In this document: positions 60,210 to 64,000 of the stretch, in pieces
Numbering within the stretch: position 1 is the first letter of the stretch
How the letters are laid out: each line of letters starts with the position of its first letter
From: an uncultured bacterium
GTDB lineage: Bacteria > Verrucomicrobiota > Verrucomicrobiia > Limisphaerales > UBA8199
Length of the DNA stretch: 64,000 nt
Assembly (NCBI GenBank): GCA_963749495.1
Contig: CAVVMW010000007.1
Location: 32,001-96,000, forward strand
Direction of reading: 5' to 3'
Translations under genes and position numbers: made by a program
Notes under the pieces: model-generated
What the model was told of the DNA's origin: nothing
Seen by the model: only the letters and a program-made list of their open reading frames with translations
Databases searched by the model: none

Positions 60210-60311
60210 AAAAAGCAGGAGCCGGCTCTCGCGAGCCGGCTCCGCACCCGGCCACCGAAGCGACCGGGGAGATGATGCAATAAGGTAGCCGGCAGGCGGG
60301 GGTTTTGTCAA
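60210..60311 (-). promoter_or_regulatory. promoter and two-hairpin leader with U tract upstream of the NYN gene
   Basis: TTGACA-18-TACCTT; UUCG hairpin; 11-bp GCGA hairpin + TGCTTTTT. Confidence 0.7.
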
Positions 60312-60339
60312 GCACGGCGATTGGTGTTATTCCACGCAT

Positions 60340-60399
60340 TCCGGACAGGAGTATGGCACGCTCAATCTGCTCTGCGGGGATGAGGACTGGTTTGTTCAT
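60340..60399 (-). pseudogene. ORF6N-like N-terminal stub
   Basis: LIPAEQIERAILL then loss of similarity. Confidence 0.35.
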
Positions 60400-60423
60400 G
60401 GATCAAGGGGGCCGGGAGCCGGT

Positions 60424-63400
60424 TCAACTCAATTCCATCCAGCACTTGAGGGCAGCTTTGACCCCCTGGGGGGCTTGGACTCGCTTGAGGTAGGTGTTCT
60501 TCAGGTGCGCCTCGACGGTTTTGCGGATGTCGCCGAGGGTCTTGTCTTCGAGGGCGCGGCGGCGGGGGGTGTCGGGCCGGCAGCGGATGAGGCTGAGGAT
60601 CTCCGCAGGTTCTTCGAGGATTTTGGCAGAATCGAGGTGGTAAATGTACCAGGCCGTGCTTCCATTCTCCTCGCTCCAGGTGGCAGGGTCGGCTTCGCGT
60701 CCTTCATGGGCGGCGATGCCCGGGGCGGGCAGGCGGTAGCAGAAGAAGAGGGCGCGGGTGCCGGGCGTGGGGTGTTGTTTGCCGCTGAAGACGCGGCCGG
60801 GGAGAGAGTTGAGGTGGTCTTCCAGGCTGGGATTTTGCTCGAGCAGGCGCTGGTATTCGAGGTGCATTTCCTCGGTGGCCGAGGGAGTGCCTTCATAGGC
60901 CTGGTTGAACTCGCGGAGGGCCTCGAAGTCATCCTGCGGGGTAAGGAGCTTTCGGCCCTCGATGCCGAACGTCTTGGAGATGCGAAGGGCCTTGTGGGAA
61001 ACGGTGCGGTAAAGGCGGAGCAGGTCGTCGAGCTCGTCCGGGGGCAGGAAGTTCCAGTAGGCGACCGTTCCGCGCAGGTCTTTCTGGTCCGGGTGGTCTT
61101 TGAGGATGCGTTTTTCAGTGTCGGGGTTGAGACGACGGTCAACGCGGCCGATGCGTTGCATCAGGCGGACAGGGTTCCAGTGGAGGTCATAGTTGATGAG
61201 GCGCGTGGCATCCTGGAGGTTGAGGCCTTCGGAGAGGACATCGGTGGAAATGAGTATGCGGATCGCGGGCTGGCCGCGGGCCGCAAGCTCGGCCGCCGAG
61301 GACTCGTTGTAGTAGGGGGCGAACCGGGCGATGACCTCGCCACGGCCACGCTTGTCAGCGCTGTCAACCTCATCGACTCCTTGAATGCCGGCGTCGGCGA
61401 GCTGCCTGCGCAGGTACCGCGCGGTGGCCATGTACTCGGTGAAGATGAGGACCTTGTGCTGCTTGAGAACGGGGTCGGATTTGAGGAGCTTTAGCAGCGC
61501 CTTGAGCTTGTCGTCGTGTGAGGGCTTGAACTTGCCAAGCTCGCCCAGGAACTCGGCGATCTGATCGAGGTCGAGAAAAGTCTCGGCAAGGATTTCCTCG
61601 ACCTTGTACTCGTCCCGGGAGAGGGCTTCGACGCCCTCGAGCATTTCGTCGGAGACGATGTCCTCGTCGGCCTCCTCGGCCGGTTCTTCGCCAAAGAACT
61701 CGAGCTGGTGCTCGTGGACGTAGCCCAGGAGATCGGCATGCTGTCGCTGCCAGCGTTCGAGCCGGTTCTTCTCGGACTCGGAGACGCTGTGTTTGGTGGC
61801 CCAGGTCAGGAGCTTGAGCATTAGAGTGGCGCAGGACATCTCGAAGGCCCGAGCAGAGCTCTCGAACCGCTTGAGGAACTGAGTGCGGATCAGGGCAACC
61901 ACGGCGATTTGGCGGTTTTCGGAGAGAGGATCGATTTCGGATTTCGGACCCTTGTAATAGGCCAGGGGGTAGTAAATGGCCAGGCTGAAGAGGGCTTTCT
62001 TCTTGGAGAACGCCTGCTCCAGCATAGTGAGCAGCCGGCCGTAGGTCTTTTTGATGGAGTAGGTGGCGACGTGGGGATCTTCGCGTGTGGGGAAGACGGC
62101 CTTCCGGCCGGAGGCGTGCTGATCCTGGCTGGCCTTGACGTAGGCACGGCTGCGCTGGACGACCAGTTGGCTGAACAGGGCATCATCGGCGAGGACCCTT
62201 TCGGCCTCGGCGCCGGTGATCTCGGGGAGGAGCTCCATCTGGGCCTGCTCCTCGCCGGAAACCAGCCGCTCGAGTTCCTTCTCCATCTTGCGGAAGTGGC
62301 CGGGGAGGGAATGGATGCCCAGGGGCGCCCCTTTGAAGTAGTCAGCCTGGCGCAGTGTGAAAAGCTCGATCATGTGCTGCAGGTCGAGCAGGCTGTTGTT
62401 CACCGGGGTGGCAGTCAGGAGGAAAAGGTTTTTGTTTTTGACGAGGTCGAAAAGGCGCCAGTAGCGGGAGCTACCGCGAGTGCCCGGGTTGCGGAAGTGG
62501 TGGGCTTCGTCAATGAGGACCGCGTCGGCCAGCGTAGCGATGTCATCGAGTTTGCGCTGGTAGTCCCCGCCGCGCAACAAGTCGGTGTGGTTAAAGATTT
62601 CGAGGCGGGTGAACACGCGGCTGATGTTCGGGAGATAACGGCTCAGTGCCCTTTCCCAGACCGGCTCGCGGGCGGCCTTGGGGACGATGAGAACAACGTT
62701 TCGACGGTCGCGGATGACGAGGCGTTCGATGAGCATGAGGCCGATGAACGTCTTGCCCAGGCCGACGCCGTCGCAGAGCAAGGCGCCACGGTGCTGGCGG
62801 GCGATTTTCATCAGGGACTTGTAACCGTCCTGCTGGTACTTATCGAGAACGGGGTACATGGCCGAACCACTGTTTTGTGCGCCAGCCTTCTCCCATTCAT
62901 CGTCGGTCATTTCGTGGCCACGGTGGAACTCCTGCATGGCCTTGGCGTAGATGTCGAATGGGAGGTATTCCCTAATGTGGCGCTCGATGACCTTGAGCAC
63001 CTCCGGGGTAAGGTCATCGGCCTCCTGCCAATGCTGTTCGTACCAGGACTGGAGCCGGGAGACGTCACCGGCAGCACGGATCTGGATGTTCAGCTCGATG
63101 TTGTCGGTCAGTCCCGGAATCGTGAAGTTGCTGGAGCCGACCAGGGCGACGGAGCCGACAACAGCAAGCCGTGGATGGGTGATGTAGGCTTTGGCGTGGA
63201 ACTTTCGCTTCGCATAGACGCGGCACTGGATTTTGCCCTGGCGCAGGGCTTCGCAAATGGCGCCGCTGCCGGCGAGCATATCGTTGCTCTCCTTCTCCCT
63301 CTCCAGGCTGGCATCGAGTTTTTGGCAGGCATGTTTGCGAAGCCCGTCGAGGATGGCCTGGCGCGTACGGGCGGTGGCCTGGTCGCCCATGAGGATGCGG

Positions 63401-63582
63401 ATGTTGTCGAGCTTCTGCCATTTGCCGTCGAGGGCAAGGAGGGAGCCGATTTCGAAGAAGCCCGTGGCGATATCGAACGAGCTGGCGATTTCGGTCCAGT
63501 CCTGGAGATAGCGAAGCCCCTTCCAGTCCGTTTCGCTGTTGTCCACGATGAACAGCTCACCACCTTTTGAAGGGGTACTCAT
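60424..63582 (-). CDS. PLD-nuclease + SNF2-type helicase
   Basis: DIATGFF, FHAKAY..GSSNFT..N.ELN, DGVGLGKT, IDEAHHFRN, LTATPVNN, SEGLNLQ, QRIGRVDR. Confidence 0.92.
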   Translation of the reverse strand: MSTPSKGGELFIVDNSETDWKGLRYLQDWTEIASSFDIATGFFEIGSLLALDGKWQKLDNIRILMGDQATARTRQAILDGLRKHACQKLDASLEREKESNDMLAGSGAICEALRQGKIQCRVYAKRKFHAKAYITHPRLAVVGSVALVGSSNFTIPGLTDNIELNIQIRAAGDVSRLQSWYEQHWQEADDLTPEVLKVIERHIREYLPFDIYAKAMQEFHRGHEMTDDEWEKAGAQNSGSAMYPVLDKYQQDGYKSLMKIARQHRGALLCDGVGLGKTFIGLMLIERLVIRDRRNVVLIVPKAAREPVWERALSRYLPNISRVFTRLEIFNHTDLLRGGDYQRKLDDIATLADAVLIDEAHHFRNPGTRGSSRYWRLFDLVKNKNLFLLTATPVNNSLLDLQHMIELFTLRQADYFKGAPLGIHSLPGHFRKMEKELERLVSGEEQAQMELLPEITGAEAERVLADDALFSQLVVQRSRAYVKASQDQHASGRKAVFPTREDPHVATYSIKKTYGRLLTMLEQAFSKKKALFSLAIYYPLAYYKGPKSEIDPLSENRQIAVVALIRTQFLKRFESSARAFEMSCATLMLKLLTWATKHSVSESEKNRLERWQRQHADLLGYVHEHQLEFFGEEPAEEADEDIVSDEMLEGVEALSRDEYKVEEILAETFLDLDQIAEFLGELGKFKPSHDDKLKALLKLLKSDPVLKQHKVLIFTEYMATARYLRRQLADAGIQGVDEVDSADKRGRGEVIARFAPYYNESSAAELAARGQPAIRILISTDVLSEGLNLQDATRLINYDLHWNPVRLMQRIGRVDRRLNPDTEKRILKDHPDQKDLRGTVAYWNFLPPDELDDLLRLYRTVSHKALRISKTFGIEGRKLLTPQDDFEALREFNQAYEGTPSATEEMHLEYQRLLEQNPSLEDHLNSLPGRVFSGKQHPTPGTRALFFCYRLPAPGIAAHEGREADPATWSEENGSTAWYIYHLDSAKILEEPAEILSLIRCRPDTPRRRALEDKTLGDIRKTVEAHLKNTYLKRVQAPQGVKAALKCWMELS

Positions 63583-63635
63583 GGCAGGCCATTGGGCTTG
63601 AGACATTGGGGCAATTATGAGGGATAAAGTATGAA

Positions 63636-64000
63636 TTATGAAAGCGGGGCTTTGGTCATTTTGGATCGCGGGTTCGGCGCGGGAGCTTCGGACTTGAGTT
63701 GTTGTTCCACCAAGGCTTCAAAGCGGGCGCGGTCTCGCTCGACAAACCGGCTGAGTTGTTCTGGCGTGGGCAGCCCGACGAGATAGCGGGAGACGAACAG
63801 TTTGTTATCCATGCCCGCGGTGGCAAACTCCACTTTGGTCTTGTCCCGGTCGCTGCACAGAATGATTCCCACCGGCGGGCTGTCGTCTGGAGCCATGACC
63901 CGGTTCCTAAAATAGTTCACATAATAGTTCATCTGGCCCGCGTCGGCATGGCGGAAGGCGCGCACTTTCAGGTCCAATAACACGTGGCAACGCAAAAGGC
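63636..64000 (-). CDS. yhcG: YhcG/DUF1016 PDDEXK nuclease, C-terminal part
   Basis: LLDLK..F.HADAGQMN.Y, PVGIILC, FVSRY..LP. Confidence 0.88.
   Translation of the reverse strand, partial: LLRCHVLLDLKVRAFRHADAGQMNYYVNYFRNRVMAPDDSPPVGIILCSDRDKTKVEFATAGMDNKLFVSRYLVGLPTPEQLSRFVERDRARFEALVEQQLKSEAPAPNPRSKMTKAPLS

Noticed and set aside
39817..63570. Long antisense ORFs (e.g. 39817-41199, 41233-42903, 57537-58979, 61909-63570)
   Set aside because: Shadow frames of real GC-rich genes on the opposite strand
1..64000. CRISPR array or cas genes
   Set aside because: No regularly spaced repeat-spacer units; the short tandem repeats are 7- and 9-mers without spacers

Overview
GC-rich bacterial DNA. The gene families (extended ECF sigma factors, BlaI/M56 pairs, REP types) suggest a Verrucomicrobia-like PVC organism; this is inference. 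(1) 1-4944: the 3' part of a very large tRNA array with about 43 anticodon-bearing genes for 19 amino acids (Phe not seen; the array runs off the left edge), plus several non-tRNA structured elements. The tRNAs look systematically remodelled rather than simply decayed: the elbow is changed with compensatory D-loop/T-loop substitutions, C33 is frequent, four tRNA-Leu share an extra covarying helix, and CAU and UAU tRNAs carry long variable arms. An HNH nuclease, an ATP-dependent RNA ligase and an HD-kinase protein follow directly, suggesting a tRNA replacement-plus-repair module. (2) 7.6-19 kb: DUF1802, an AAA/DUF1257/DUF2997/WGR cluster (WGR gene split by an IS1380 carrying an AbrB-like passenger), dinB and small accessory genes, ending at a tRNA-Lys half and an integrase stub. 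(3) 19-54 kb: glycosidase, sulfatase, ECF and BlaI-BlaR genes, many of them fragmented or chimeric, with HicAB, REPs and two independent insertions of a MITE carrying a GxxExxY remnant. One BlaI-BlaR operon has three proteins that share an unrecognised ~170-aa domain. (4) 54-64 kb: a defence-type locus (YhcG, PLD-SNF2 helicase, NYN nuclease with its own structured leader, type ISP-like methyltransferase). All calls are by eye; no searches were run.
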